The position numbers and the translations under genes are program-made. This document shows positions 36,504-46,786 of a stretch of 64,000 bases of DNA, one piece after another. Position 1 is the stretch's first letter, and the number at the start of each line of letters is the position of its first letter. The notes beneath the pieces are model-generated. The model was not told where the DNA came from, did not search any database, and saw only the letters and a list, made by a program, of their open reading frames with translations. Location: assembly GCA_038207085.1 (NCBI GenBank), contig JBBRAE010000009.1, positions 1 through 64,000 on the forward strand, written 5' to 3'. Source of the stretch: Armatimonadota bacterium. GTDB lineage: Bacteria > Armatimonadota > UBA5829 > DTLH01.

Positions 36504-37907
36504 TTGGCGTATTTGGTTAAGCAGCTTCAACTAGGAGAGGATGACGCTGTCCTGGCACTTGAGAAGGCGTGGGAGGATGTGCGGGATGCACTTTCCTCTC
36601 GCATAAACAAGCCTTCTTTTGAGAGTTGGATCAAACCGATCATTCCGTTGTCCTTTGAAGACAATGTCGCAATTTTAGGCACCCCCAGCCGATTTGCCAA
36701 GCATTGGCTTGAAGGTAAACATCTCGAAGAGATAACGGGCATGCTCGGCGAAAGCCTCGGGCACGGAGTCCGGGTTGTGCTTCGTCAGACCTCCGACGAA
36801 CAACCGGAAATATGTAAAGATCCGTTGCCTATAGCGACCAAGAGAACCAATGGTCATGCCTCGGATGAAGCCGTCTCTGTTCCGTTGAACAGTCGATATG
36901 ACTTCGACTCGTTCATCGTCGGGCAGTGCAACAGGCTGGCGCACGCCACTGCGGTGGCTATATCGGATCGTCCCGGCGGGACGTATAACCCGTTTTTCGT
37001 CTACGGACGCGCCGGGCTCGGCAAGACACATCTCCTGCATGCCGTTGGGCTTGCCATTCAGGATACGCAGCCGAACCTTCGCATCGCCTATGTGCGCGGT
37101 GAGACTTTTACTTTTCAATATATAGCCGCAGTCCGCGAGCACCGCACGGCGGAGTTTCGTCGAAGGTATCGCAACATCGACGTCTGGCTTGTCGACGACG
37201 TTCAGTTTCTTGTAGGCAAAGAAAAGACCGAGGAAGAGTTCTTCCACACCTATAACGCGCTCTACGACAGCGGCAAGCAGGTGGTGCTTTCAAGCGACCG
37301 CTCGCCAAAGGAGCTGGAGCTCGACACGCGGCTATTGTCCCGCTTTGAGTGCGGGATGGTCACCGACATCGTCTCGCCCGACCTTGAGACCCGAATTGCA
37401 ATTTTGATGGCCAAAGCCGAGCGCGAGGGGATGGACCTTCCGGGCGACGTTGCAGAGTCGGTCGCAAAACTTATTACTACAAACATCCGCCAGCTCGAAG
37501 GCGCTTTGATAAAGCTGCACGCCTATGCGTCGCTTATGAAGACCCCAATCACGATTGACCTTGCCCAGGAGACGCTCGGCGGCTATTTCGTCGGCGAAAA
37601 CGATACGATGCCGCTTGACCCGAGGCTCGTGCAGATCGCCGTATCAGAGAAGTTCCGTGTAAGCGTCGACGAGATCCTCGGCACCAAGCGCAGCCAGAGC
37701 ATAGTGCTGCCCCGCCAGGTGGCGATGTACCTCTCCCGCGAGCTCACCAATTCCTCCCTCCCCTGCATAGGCCGGGCCTTTGGAGGGAAAGACCATACCA
37801 CAGTTATGCACTCGATCCAAAAGGTTCAGAAGCTGATGCAGACAGATAAGCAGCTCGCCGATATGGTCGAAGAGATTGCTCGGCACTTGAAAAACGGGAA
37901 GAAGTAA
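36504..37907 (+). CDS. dnaA: Chromosomal replication initiator DnaA
   Basis: YNPFFVYGRAGLGKTHLL, DDVQFL, NIRQLEGAL, RQVAMYL, GKDHTTVMHS. Confidence 0.97.
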   Translation: MAYLVKQLQLGEDDAVLALEKAWEDVRDALSSRINKPSFESWIKPIIPLSFEDNVAILGTPSRFAKHWLEGKHLEEITGMLGESLGHGVRVVLRQTSDEQPEICKDPLPIATKRTNGHASDEAVSVPLNSRYDFDSFIVGQCNRLAHATAVAISDRPGGTYNPFFVYGRAGLGKTHLLHAVGLAIQDTQPNLRIAYVRGETFTFQYIAAVREHRTAEFRRRYRNIDVWLVDDVQFLVGKEKTEEEFFHTYNALYDSGKQVVLSSDRSPKELELDTRLLSRFECGMVTDIVSPDLETRIAILMAKAEREGMDLPGDVAESVAKLITTNIRQLEGALIKLHAYASLMKTPITIDLAQETLGGYFVGENDTMPLDPRLVQIAVSEKFRVSVDEILGTKRSQSIVLPRQVAMYLSRELTNSSLPCIGRAFGGKDHTTVMHSIQKVQKLMQTDKQLADMVEEIARHLKNGKK

Positions 37908-37950
37908 GCTATCGGCAGGTTATTAGATCAATTGAGAGAGGTTTTTGGCT

Positions 37951-38514
37951 ATGAACACAAAAGACGTTATCTACACCCGCCGCTCTGTGCGCGGATACCA
38001 GGACAAACCGGTCGAGAAGGCTGTGATCGATGAGATCATCGCCGCCGCCGTCCAGGCGCCGACCGCTATGAACGCCCAGCCGTGGGCATTTGGGGTCATT
38101 CAGGACACCGAGGCGCTTCGGAGACTTTCTACTAACACCAAGGCATTCTTGTTGGGCTCGCTCGACAAATTTCCTATGCTCGATCGCTACAAAGAGGCGC
38201 TCGCAAACCCCGAGTTTAGCATCTTCTACGGCGCGACGGCGTTTGTCGTGATCTGCGCGAAAGCGGGAGTCGGGCCGACTCCTGAAGGCGATTGCTGCCT
38301 CGCCGCCGAAAACCTTATGCTGATGGCACGCGACCTGGGACTTGGCACCTGCTGGATCGGCTTCGCTGGGATGTACCTGATGACCGAAGAAGGCAAGCGC
38401 GAGATCGGCGTCCCCGACGGACTGAACGTAGTCGCTCCAATAGCCGTCGGCTACCCGATAAACGAGCCGTCGCAGATGGAGAAGAACCCGCCTGAGATAC
38501 TTTTTTGGAAATAG
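37951..38514 (+). CDS. Nitroreductase family protein
   Basis: [36 protein letters not shown]. Confidence 0.92.
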   Translation: MNTKDVIYTRRSVRGYQDKPVEKAVIDEIIAAAVQAPTAMNAQPWAFGVIQDTEALRRLSTNTKAFLLGSLDKFPMLDRYKEALANPEFSIFYGATAFVVICAKAGVGPTPEGDCCLAAENLMLMARDLGLGTCWIGFAGMYLMTEEGKREIGVPDGLNVVAPIAVGYPINEPSQMEKNPPEILFWK

Positions 38515-38542
38515 CTCTCAAATAGGGATAGAAGCTATCGAA

Positions 38543-38904
38543 GTGCTTTTCATCGGGAACAACTACACCTTCTATAACGAGATGCCCTCGGTTGCGGAGG
38601 CGTGTTCGGCAGCGTCTAAGCTTCTGAAGCCGATCCGCAAGGCGACTCCCGAGCAGAAACCAGCATTTGAACTTTTCACCGAAGACGGTTCCACCCGAAC
38701 CCCGCTGGTTCATGCCTGGCGGCATGTGCGTTCTATACTGCAATTGCCCAGAAGAGTCCAGTCGGCCTGCCCGGCAGGATTTTGATACGAGGTGAGGGCG
38801 ACAGCATCAGGGCGAAGATCGATCTGAAGCCCGAGGAGGCGCATTTCCTGCAAAAGGCGGCGCAGGAGGCGGTTAAACGGGAGAAATCCATAGGAAATAG
38901 ATAG
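38543..38904 (+). pseudogene. SGNH-hydrolase-like remnant (internal deletion plus frameshift)
   Basis: VLFIGNNYTFYNEMP N-terminal block; after a frameshift near 38690, HPNPAGSCLAACAFY...KSPVGLP...FLQKAAQEAV C-terminal block. Confidence 0.65.
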
Positions 38905-38942
38905 GAGCAAACACAGGTTTCGAGCGCAGACGGTTAGTCCGC

Positions 38943-39173
38943 TCAGTCGATCGTTACATTCCATTTCCACTTTCGTGGCCCGAGTTGCTCGAGCTTGCCA
39001 GAGTCGGTTAGTTTTTGCCACCGCGCCTTCAGTATATCTTCCAACAGCCGTTCTTTCTCGGAATCTCGGGGACGGCGGCCGGGCGTATGACCGGTGCGGG
39101 AAGATTCTGCCTGGACTTGCCTCTCCCACCTCACGCTTCTCTCTTGTTTCCACTGATTGTAGTCGATTTTCAT
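38943..39173 (-). CDS. Small basic hypothetical protein coupled to the nucleotidyltransferase gene
   Basis: ATGA overlap with the upstream gene; 76 aa. Confidence 0.5.
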   Translation of the reverse strand: MKIDYNQWKQERSVRWERQVQAESSRTGHTPGRRPRDSEKERLLEDILKARWQKLTDSGKLEQLGPRKWKWNVTID

Positions 39174-39727
39174 CTCGGCCTAGTTCTTTCAAACGCGACG
39201 GTAAGCTCTTCTGTGGCGACTTGTTCTTCAAGGTAACGCCAATCAATTATCTCACGGTGGATGAACATCAGGTTGTGAGCCCACCTGCCATCCTCTTCGG
39301 ATGTCCAGTATTCGAGCGCTCGGAGGCGGTCTAATATAAGGTCTTCAATTCCTATAACATACACCGGAAGCCCGTCGTAGTCCACCTCGTTCACTTTTTC
39401 AGAACTGCCGGCAAGAGGAGGCGCAGGCATCTCGATGAAGGCCCCGAGACCGGCGTTGTGCCAGTGGCGTCCCTCCTTGTCGAAACCGAGCTCAGTCATC
39501 ATTGTCTCTAGCTTACTTGTGTGGGATGCCACCATATCGATGTCTACGGTGGAATATCCCCCAGCGGTGTAAAACTCGACAGCCATTCCGCCGACCAAAA
39601 CTGGTCTTATGCCTACGCTCTGCAGAGCACGGGTCACGACAGCAATCACCGCCATTCGGCGGTCAATCTCGTTATCGATTTCGGCTGCCTGCGATAGGCG
39701 TTCCTTCAAAAATTCCATGTCGGTCAC
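39170..39727 (-). CDS. DUF6036-like nucleotidyltransferase
   Basis: VLVGGMAVEFYT...TVDIDMV and IEDLILDRL motifs; AGGAG SD. Confidence 0.8.
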   Translation of the reverse strand: MTDMEFLKERLSQAAEIDNEIDRRMAVIAVVTRALQSVGIRPVLVGGMAVEFYTAGGYSTVDIDMVASHTSKLETMMTELGFDKEGRHWHNAGLGAFIEMPAPPLAGSSEKVNEVDYDGLPVYVIGIEDLILDRLRALEYWTSEEDGRWAHNLMFIHREIIDWRYLEEQVATEELTVAFERTRPR

Positions 39728-39867
39728 AGTAATACTATCTCCTGATGCAAAAGGACACTTAGATTATACAGTCAATCCCCCTTTTTGTCGCCTTCAACAA
39801 CCATCGCCTGAGTTCCGAATCGCCCCCGTTGCAAACACTGCGGCAAAAAAGGTATCCTATAGGTGTT

Positions 39868-40641
39868 ATGCTCGCAAAGAGAATCATCCCCTGCCTGGAT
39901 GTAAAGGAAGGTAGAGTAGTAAAAGGGACTAATTTCGTCAACCTGAAAGACGCCGGTGACCCGGTGGAGCTTGCGGCGCTCTATGATATCGAAGGGGCGG
40001 ATGAGGTTACGTTTCTGGACATCACGGCAAGCCACGAGAAGCGCAACATCATCCTCGATGTCGCGAGTCGCACAGCGGAGAAGTGTTTTATCCCCTTCAC
40101 CGTCGGCGGCGGGATTCGCAAAGTCGAGGATTTTCGCGAGGTCTTGAAGACCGGCGCGGACAAGGTCGGGGTCAACACTGCGGCGGTGGATAACCCGAGG
40201 CTGATGGCCGACGCGGCCGAGATGTTCGGCGCGCAGTGTGTGGTCCTTGCGATCGACGCCAAGCGCAAGATGGATGATGGCATCGGCTGGGAGGTTTACA
40301 CCCACGGAGGGCGCACACCTACCGGCATCGACGCCGTCGAGTGGGCGGTCCGGGCCGAAAAGCTCGGTGCGGGAGAGATTCTTCTGACCAGTATGGACGG
40401 TGACGGCACGCAGGCGGGCTATGACATAGAGCTCACGCGCGCGATCGCCGACTCGGTCAGCATACCCGTAATCGCTTCAGGCGGAGCGGGAACGCTCGAG
40501 CATATCTACGAAGCGTTGACCGCTGGCGGGGCCGACGCCGCGCTGATCGCCTCGATTGTGCACTATCAGATTTTCACCATCAAACAGATAAAAGACTATC
40601 TCGCCGAGCGCGGGGTGGTTGTGAGGAGTATTTGGAATTGA
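39868..40641 (+). CDS. hisF: Imidazole glycerol phosphate synthase cyclase subunit
   Basis: [37 protein letters not shown]. Confidence 0.97.
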   Translation: MLAKRIIPCLDVKEGRVVKGTNFVNLKDAGDPVELAALYDIEGADEVTFLDITASHEKRNIILDVASRTAEKCFIPFTVGGGIRKVEDFREVLKTGADKVGVNTAAVDNPRLMADAAEMFGAQCVVLAIDAKRKMDDGIGWEVYTHGGRTPTGIDAVEWAVRAEKLGAGEILLTSMDGDGTQAGYDIELTRAIADSVSIPVIASGGAGTLEHIYEALTAGGADAALIASIVHYQIFTIKQIKDYLAERGVVVRSIWN

Positions 40642-41000
40642 GTCTTTACGACGTGCTTGTATTTAACGCTCAGGATATGATCCCCGCTGTGATCCAGGAC
40701 GACGCCTCGGGTGAGGTGCTGACGCTTTGCTATATGACCCGCGAAGCGCTGGACAAGACCCTTGAGACCGGCCTGGTCCACGTGTTCCGCCGCTCGCTCG
40801 GCAAGCTGATGATGAAGGGTGAGACCTCCGGGCATACCCAGGCTGTAAAGTCGGTCCACATCGACTGCGAGGGCAAATCGCTCGTGGTTAAAATCGATCA
40901 GAAGGTCGCCGCCTGCCACAAGAACTTCTTTACCTGCTACTTTAGAGAGTACAAAGTGGATTCAGGTGAGATCGTCACAAACGGGGAGCCGGTGAAGTAG
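40632..41000 (+). CDS. hisI: Phosphoribosyl-AMP cyclohydrolase
   Basis: [20 protein letters not shown]...TCYF. Confidence 0.92.
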   Translation: MELSLYDVLVFNAQDMIPAVIQDDASGEVLTLCYMTREALDKTLETGLVHVFRRSLGKLMMKGETSGHTQAVKSVHIDCEGKSLVVKIDQKVAACHKNFFTCYFREYKVDSGEIVTNGEPVK

Positions 41001-41279
41001 CTTTCAGCTGTCAGTTACGATAGCCCGGTAGATGTCTGCCGGGCCCTGCCAGATCGTGCGCGATGTGTATCGCGCACGCACGGAACAGCAAGGAATTCAC
41101 TCCCGTTCAATCAGCCTTCTTTTCCGGGCGGGAGCAATCTCCCGCCCGATCAATTCTGACTCTCAAGTATTGCCTGATCTGTCACAGCCGGATCAGTTGA
41201 GCGGGGCAAATGTCCCAAAGACATAAGACCGGGAGATATCTCCCGGCCTATCGTGGCCTATCGTCATCCATCGATCCAT

Positions 41280-42449
41280 CTATCTTCTCTCCGGCGCTTC
41301 CTCAAGCTTTACCGACTTTGTGACCTTCCCCTTGTCGCGCCAGACCGTGAACTTGACGGTTTGGTCGACCTTGGCCCGGAGCATAAACGCCTGCATGTCT
41401 GCGATCGTGTTGATCGGTGTTGTGTCGGCCTGCAGGATCACGTCCCAGGGTTCGATTCCGGCTTTGGCCGCCGGGCTGCCGGTCGCGATTTCGGCGACGA
41501 GCGCACCCTCGGGCTTTTCTAGTCCGAGCTGGCGGGCGGCGCGGGCTGAGAGGTCGTAGTAGTACATACCGGTCCAGCCTCGCCTCACGTGGCCGTATTT
41601 GGTCAGCTCGTCGATTACGCCCTTGATCGTTCCGGTCGAGATCGCGAACCCCAGCCCCTGGCCATAGGGGATGATCGCGGTGTTCAGGCCTATGATCCGT
41701 CCGTCGAGGTTTACGAGCGGCCCGCCGGAGTTGCCGGGGTTGATCGCGGCGTCGGTCTGGATCAGGTTTTCGAGCTTTGCGCCCTGCGGGGTGTCGAGCG
41801 TCCTCCCCGTTGCGCTGATGACGCCGACGGTTACGCTGTTTCGGAAGCCGAAGGGGTTGCCGATCGCGATCGCCGTGGTGCCGATTAAGAGCTCATCATC
41901 TGAAGAGAACTTCGCCTCGGGAAGCCCGGTGCCTTCGATCTTGACCAGTGCGAGGTCGGTCGTCGGGTCGGCGCCGAGGAGTTTGCCCTCGTAGGTCTGT
42001 CGGTTGGGGAGCGTCACCTTGATCTGACCCGTCCGAAGGCGCACGTCATTGATGACGTGTTCGTTTGTGAGGACGAGCCCGGCTTTGCCGTCGATCACTA
42101 CTCCTGAACCCTGTCCCTGGCGGGGCATTGGCTGGCTGAAGAACGTGTCGTCACCGAAAAAGTCCCCGAATATACTTGGAAACGCGCTTCGCCGCTCCAT
42201 CACGAGCGTATCGATGTTGACTACCGCCGGCCCGACTTTAGAGATCGCCCGCACGACGGGGTTGGACGAGTTTGACGCCGTCGGGGGAGTCGCCGAAGCG
42301 CCCGTCGACAGGGTCGCCGCACCGCCGGAGCTCATTTGCCACGCCTGGTTTGGTGTATCCCGGGGCGCTGTGATCTCGGTTGTGATCGCGACCGCGGAGA
42401 GCACCGCAAGTCCGCAGATTGCCGCAGTCAAAGTCTTCTCAGTTGACAT
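41280..42449 (-). CDS. htrA: HtrA/DegP-family serine protease with PDZ domain
   Basis: TNEHV, DLALVKI, QTDAAINPGNSGGPL; C-terminal PDZ. Confidence 0.92.
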   Translation of the reverse strand: MSTEKTLTAAICGLAVLSAVAITTEITAPRDTPNQAWQMSSGGAATLSTGASATPPTASNSSNPVVRAISKVGPAVVNIDTLVMERRSAFPSIFGDFFGDDTFFSQPMPRQGQGSGVVIDGKAGLVLTNEHVINDVRLRTGQIKVTLPNRQTYEGKLLGADPTTDLALVKIEGTGLPEAKFSSDDELLIGTTAIAIGNPFGFRNSVTVGVISATGRTLDTPQGAKLENLIQTDAAINPGNSGGPLVNLDGRIIGLNTAIIPYGQGLGFAISTGTIKGVIDELTKYGHVRRGWTGMYYYDLSARAARQLGLEKPEGALVAEIATGSPAAKAGIEPWDVILQADTTPINTIADMQAFMLRAKVDQTVKFTVWRDKGKVTKSVKLEEAPERR

Positions 42450-42588
42450 CTCTACCTCCAAAGTTTGCTTACTCATCTGTTTTACTACGAATTACAGTCG
42501 GGTTGGTTCCCGTGAGATGGCCGTTTTTGGCTTTTCAACTGCGCCTGGCTCGGTTATTATAGTAGCAACTACAATTCGGAGGTGGGTC

Positions 42589-42807
42589 ATGGAGTTTCCG
42601 AAGAACAAGATGCATCTCGTGAGCACACACGATGGCAAAGAGTCGACCGAAGGATGGCTCGTGCTCGATCTTTCCAAGGTGGACACAGAAGGCGTAAGCC
42701 GCATATATATCGACCTCACGGATGTGAAAAGCCTCCAGTCAGAGAAGGGTGAGCAGGCCGATGTGTTCAAGAAGACGCTTGATCTGCTCAGTTTGGATGA
42801 AGAATAA
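42589..42807 (+). CDS. Small acidic hypothetical protein (72 aa)
   Basis: GGAGGT SD before ATG42589; divergent from htrA. Confidence 0.65.
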   Translation: MEFPKNKMHLVSTHDGKESTEGWLVLDLSKVDTEGVSRIYIDLTDVKSLQSEKGEQADVFKKTLDLLSLDEE

Positions 42808-42857
42808 TACTACTCAATTCCATATTGCAAACGCATTCCTCATGTGGTAAATTGAGC

Positions 42858-43730
42858 ATGGAGAGTTGAAGGGAGTATTGGGAGAAGAAGAAACACGGTG
42901 CGTTTACCCTGATTGAGCTGCTTGTGGTGATCGCCATCATCGCCATCTTGGCCGCGGTCATGTTTCCTGTGTTTGCGAGCGCAAGAGAGAAGGCCAAGCA
43001 GTCCATGTGTATTAGCAATTTGTCTCAGCTGGGCAAGGCTTTCAGGATGTACCTGGATGACAGCAACGGGACATACCCAGACGGAGCCGGTGCCTGGTAC
43101 CCTTCATCGCCAGGCCACAGTGTGGCTCGCGGTGACTGGGTGTGGTTTGATGGCAAATGGGCACAGCCGAGTCCTGGCGCAGGATTTGACTACAGCGTGA
43201 GCAAGCCGTGGGGGTGGCGGATTAACCCAGCCCTCGGCAGCCTCTGGAAGTACACCAGCAAGTCCCGAAAGATCTTTATATGCCCCTCAGACAAGCACTC
43301 GGTTAGTTCTGGCTTTACTAGATATGGAACAGGATTTGGCCTGAGCTATACTATGAATGCCGCCCTCGTCGAGGATGAAAGCTCATATGGTGACACAAGT
43401 GCATGAAGCAAGCTGGCAATTGAGGCTCAGTTACTTCGGCCGACCAAGACGGTGCTGCTTGCCGATCAGGGTGACGGGCCCATAAACCATAACCCTGTGC
43501 TCGAGAACAACCTCCAAAAGTACGGTGGGCTCGCTCCAAGCTATGATGGGATATTTATTTGGTTCCACGCCGGGCCAACAGGGATTCACAACGGCGGGCA
43601 GAACTGGTTGTTCTGCGACAGCCATGTCAAGTGGACAAGCATCAAGCAGTTCCGCGGACTTGCGTTCCGTCGAGACGGCATCCCGGGAGCGAGACAAGGT
43701 GTGATGGGTCAGTGGTGGTTCGATCTGTAA
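42858..43730 (+). pseudogene. Prepilin-type DUF1559/H-X9-DG protein disrupted by in-frame TGA(s)
   Basis: [24 protein letters not shown]; in-frame TGA at 43404-43406 joins two same-frame ORFs; IHNGGQNWLFCDSHVK; no in-frame start between TGA42867 and the FTLIE motif. Confidence 0.75.
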
Positions 43731-43811
43731 TATCGCAATGATGAACAATGCCACAGGGCTTCCAATTGGGTAAATTTACAAGTGAGGAGCTTTTCTCAAG
43801 AGGTGAACGCG

Positions 43812-44069
43812 ATGGAAGTCCAGGTTGGGCATGTGACCCATTATTACAGTCATCTTGGAGTGGCAGCGGTGGCGGTTGAATCGGACCAGGTGAACGTTGG
43901 GGACCTGATCCACATCAAGGGACGCACCACCGATGTCGTGCAGCCGGTCGAGTCTCTGGAGCTCGAACACCACAGTATCGACCATGCTGAGCCCGGCCAA
44001 AACGTCGGGGTCAAGGTGAGGCAGCACGTGCGTGAACACGATGCGGTGATGAAAGTTATGGCGGCGTAA
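43812..44069 (+). CDS. Small EF-Tu domain II-like/U32 C-terminal-like beta-barrel protein
   Basis: VGHVTHYYSHLGVA...VGDLIHIKGRTTD..QPVESLE...GQNVGVKV. Confidence 0.8.
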   Translation: MEVQVGHVTHYYSHLGVAAVAVESDQVNVGDLIHIKGRTTDVVQPVESLELEHHSIDHAEPGQNVGVKVRQHVREHDAVMKVMAA

Positions 44070-44113
44070 GTGGGATGAGGGTGAGGTTCATCCCCATCCC
44101 ACTCCCATTGTTG

Positions 44114-45868
44114 CTACATCGGCGGCGACTGGATAGTGAAAGTGAAGGTCGTCCCGACACCGGGCTGCGACTCCACTGAAACTCGTCCTCCGTGGGCCTC
44201 CACCAGGTGCTTTACGATCGAGAGCCCGAGCCCTGTGCCTCCCGAGTCGCGGGAGCGCGCCTTGTCTACCCTGTAGAACCGCTCAAATATCCTCGGCAGG
44301 TCAGCGGAAGGTATTCCCATCCCAGTGTCCGACACCCGCACCGCCACATGTCCGCCAGCCTCTTCAGCCGAAACAAGCACCCGTCCGCCCTGAGGGGTAT
44401 ATTTGAGTGCGTTGTCGATCAGGTTCGCGAGGACTTGGTGGGTCACCTCTGAGTCGGCGTTGACCTTTAGGCCCGATGGAATTTCGATGGCGAGCTGAAT
44501 CTCTTTTCGCTCTGCCCGGTGTGCAAACCCCGAAAGCGTCCGCCCGGCGACCTCTGAGAGCGCGAACACCTCGGTTCGGATGGCGCGCCGTCCGGATTCT
44601 ATCTTGGCGAGGTCGAGCAAGTCTTCGGATATTGCTGTCAGGCGGTCGGCCTCGGTCATGATCTTGCGGGCGAAGTCGTCGGCAATCTGCGGGTCTTTTT
44701 TGGCTCGAAGGACGATTGTCTCGGCCATCGCCTTGATCGTCGCAAGCGGGGTGCGCAGCTCGTGGCTTACGTTTGCGACAAAGTCCCGGCGCAGAATGTC
44801 GGTGCGTTTGGCGGCTGTCAGATCGTGCATCACGACGACCACTCCCGCGTCGCCCAGTGGGGCGACGTAGACGTTCAAAAACGTATCTTTGGGCTGGGTG
44901 AGCTCGATCTCAAGGGAGGCGGGTTCGCCACTTTTCAGCACCCGTTCGACAAGCTTCGCAAGGTCGTGACTAAGCGACGACTCGATGATCGTTTTGCCCT
45001 TGAGCTGCCCGAGTGAGGTCTGGAAATACTCCGCGGCGGCGGGGTTTGCCATACGCACGCAGGCGTCGTGGTCGACGACCATAATGCCGTCGTCGGTGCG
45101 GTCGAGGATCGTCTGAAGCTTGCTTTTCTCGCCCGTAAGCTCCTCCATCATCCGCGTAAGCTCGATAGCGGATGCGTTCAGCGTTGCGGCGAGGTCGTCG
45201 ATCTCGTCGTGCGGGCCTTTGGGGATCTTGACGCTGTGTCCGAGCTCACCCCGGGCCATCCGCCGGGCTACCATTCCCATCTCGTGGATAGGCGCGCCTA
45301 TCCGTTTGGCGACCCACGCGCCTGCGATCCCGGCAAGGAGCACAGAGAGCATTGCGCCAAAGAGAAACACGTGGTGAATCGCGCTGCGGGCTTGGTCAAC
45401 CTTCTCAAGGCTTTTTGAGACTCGGGAGACCCCGGTTGGGTGGTCTTCTGAGCCGATCCTGGTCGCGACGTAAAGCATCCGCGTGCGAATCGTCTTGCTG
45501 TAGCGAATCGAGGTGCCGACGCCGTGCGCGAGCGCATCACGGACTTCCGGGCGGCCGCCGTGGTTTTCCATCGTGGTGATGTTGCGATGGCTGTCTGCTG
45601 TGACTTTGCCGTCGGGGCGAACTATCGTCACGCGCAGTTGCTCGTCTTCGCTGACGCTTCTTGCGAGTTTCCCGAGCTTTGGCAGGTCGTTCAGCAGGGG
45701 TGAGCTTAGCCTGCCGACGAGCTTGCTGTCGGCGACGAGGTCAGCCGTAAGCGCGCGCACGTAGTAGCCTTCGGCCCAGTTGGACAGATAAAGCCCAAGG
45801 ATGCCTATAGCCACCAGCGCAACCAGCAAAAACGCGGCGGTCAGTTTCCATCTGATTGTATAGAACAT
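44114..45868 (-). CDS. phoR: Phosphate regulon sensor histidine kinase
   Basis: TM, HAMP, PAS, DFVANVSHELRTPL, FERFYRVDKARSR..GGTGLGLSIVKH; adjacent pst genes. Confidence 0.9.
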   Translation of the reverse strand: MFYTIRWKLTAAFLLVALVAIGILGLYLSNWAEGYYVRALTADLVADSKLVGRLSSPLLNDLPKLGKLARSVSEDEQLRVTIVRPDGKVTADSHRNITTMENHGGRPEVRDALAHGVGTSIRYSKTIRTRMLYVATRIGSEDHPTGVSRVSKSLEKVDQARSAIHHVFLFGAMLSVLLAGIAGAWVAKRIGAPIHEMGMVARRMARGELGHSVKIPKGPHDEIDDLAATLNASAIELTRMMEELTGEKSKLQTILDRTDDGIMVVDHDACVRMANPAAAEYFQTSLGQLKGKTIIESSLSHDLAKLVERVLKSGEPASLEIELTQPKDTFLNVYVAPLGDAGVVVVMHDLTAAKRTDILRRDFVANVSHELRTPLATIKAMAETIVLRAKKDPQIADDFARKIMTEADRLTAISEDLLDLAKIESGRRAIRTEVFALSEVAGRTLSGFAHRAERKEIQLAIEIPSGLKVNADSEVTHQVLANLIDNALKYTPQGGRVLVSAEEAGGHVAVRVSDTGMGIPSADLPRIFERFYRVDKARSRDSGGTGLGLSIVKHLVEAHGGRVSVESQPGVGTTFTFTIQSPPM

Positions 45869-45900
45869 AATTGGCGATCAGCTATCAGTATTAATCGGCA

Positions 45901-46578
45901 TTAATCGGCGAACTTGTAGCCCACACCCCTTACTGTGAGGATTCTTACTGGGCGGCTTGGGTCCGATTCGACCTTTTCGCGCAGGCGGCGGATGTGGACA
46001 TCCACGGTGCCGGGGTCGATATACTCGTCCTCTCCCCACACCCGGTCAAGGAGCGCCGAGCGCTGAAGCACGCGCCCGCGGTTGGACATCAAAACGCATA
46101 GCAGATCAAACTCTTTTGGGCGAAGGGAGACGTCCGCGCCATCGATCTTTACGACGTGGCGGGCGGTGTCAACCTCGATTCCGTGACTGGAGAGCACCTC
46201 GGACGCCTGGCTTTCACGTTGGGAGCGGCGAAGGGCCGCTCGCACGCGGGCTATCAACTCCATCATTCCAAACGGCTTGGTGATGTAGTCGTCCGCGCCG
46301 ACTTCAAGCCCCACAACCTTGTCTATCTCCCGTGATTTGGCCGTGAGCATAAGCACAGGCACGTCTGACTCCTTGCGGATCAGGCGGCAGACTTCGAGGC
46401 CGTCGATCCCCGGAAGCATCACGTCAAGGAGCACGATGTCGGGCTTCTCGGTTTTGAGCAGCTCAAGCGCTGAGAGGCCGTCGGGGGCTACATAGACCTT
46501 GTAGCCTTCCTCGCGCAAATTGTAGGCGACCGTTTCGGCAAGCGGAGCTTCGTCTTCAACAATAAGAATTCGTGACAT
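45901..46578 (-). CDS. phoB: OmpR-family response regulator (PhoB/PhoP)
   Basis: LLDVMLP, GADDYITKPF, TVDVHIRRLREK; context. Confidence 0.85.
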   Translation of the reverse strand: MSRILIVEDEAPLAETVAYNLREEGYKVYVAPDGLSALELLKTEKPDIVLLDVMLPGIDGLEVCRLIRKESDVPVLMLTAKSREIDKVVGLEVGADDYITKPFGMMELIARVRAALRRSQRESQASEVLSSHGIEVDTARHVVKIDGADVSLRPKEFDLLCVLMSNRGRVLQRSALLDRVWGEDEYIDPGTVDVHIRRLREKVESDPSRPVRILTVRGVGYKFAD

Positions 46579-46660
46579 ATTTTTGTCTGTAACCTAATCG
46601 AATATTCTCGCAGTCTTATTATAACACCCCTATATCTGCCATACAACGCGAAACAGTTGT

Positions 46661-46715
46661 GTTAGCTAACAGATAAGTGACGTGTAAGGTGCGTGTAAGG
46701 CTGCCTGTATATGCT
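46661..46715 (+). promoter_or_regulatory. Pho box array and -10 upstream of porin-pstS
   Basis: GTTAGC 46661, GATAAG 46672, TGTAAG 46683, TGTAAG 46694 (11-bp period); TATGCT at 46710. Confidence 0.75.
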
Positions 46716-46786
46716 GGTATTGTCGCGTTATGAACGCAAGACAAGAGTGCAGGAGCAAACCAGACACTTAAAAGGAGACTGAACAG

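Noticed and set aside
37951..38514. Nitroreductase as BluB linked to the B12 locus
   Set aside because: Lacks recognisable BluB-specific motifs and is transcribed behind dnaA, not the riboswitch
11524..43730. Genome-wide stop-codon reassignment explaining the in-frame stops
   Set aside because: The interruptions are a mix of TAG, TGA and TAA and fall only in accessory genes; housekeeping genes end normally with TGA (gltX, phoU) and TAG (pstB, rimO)
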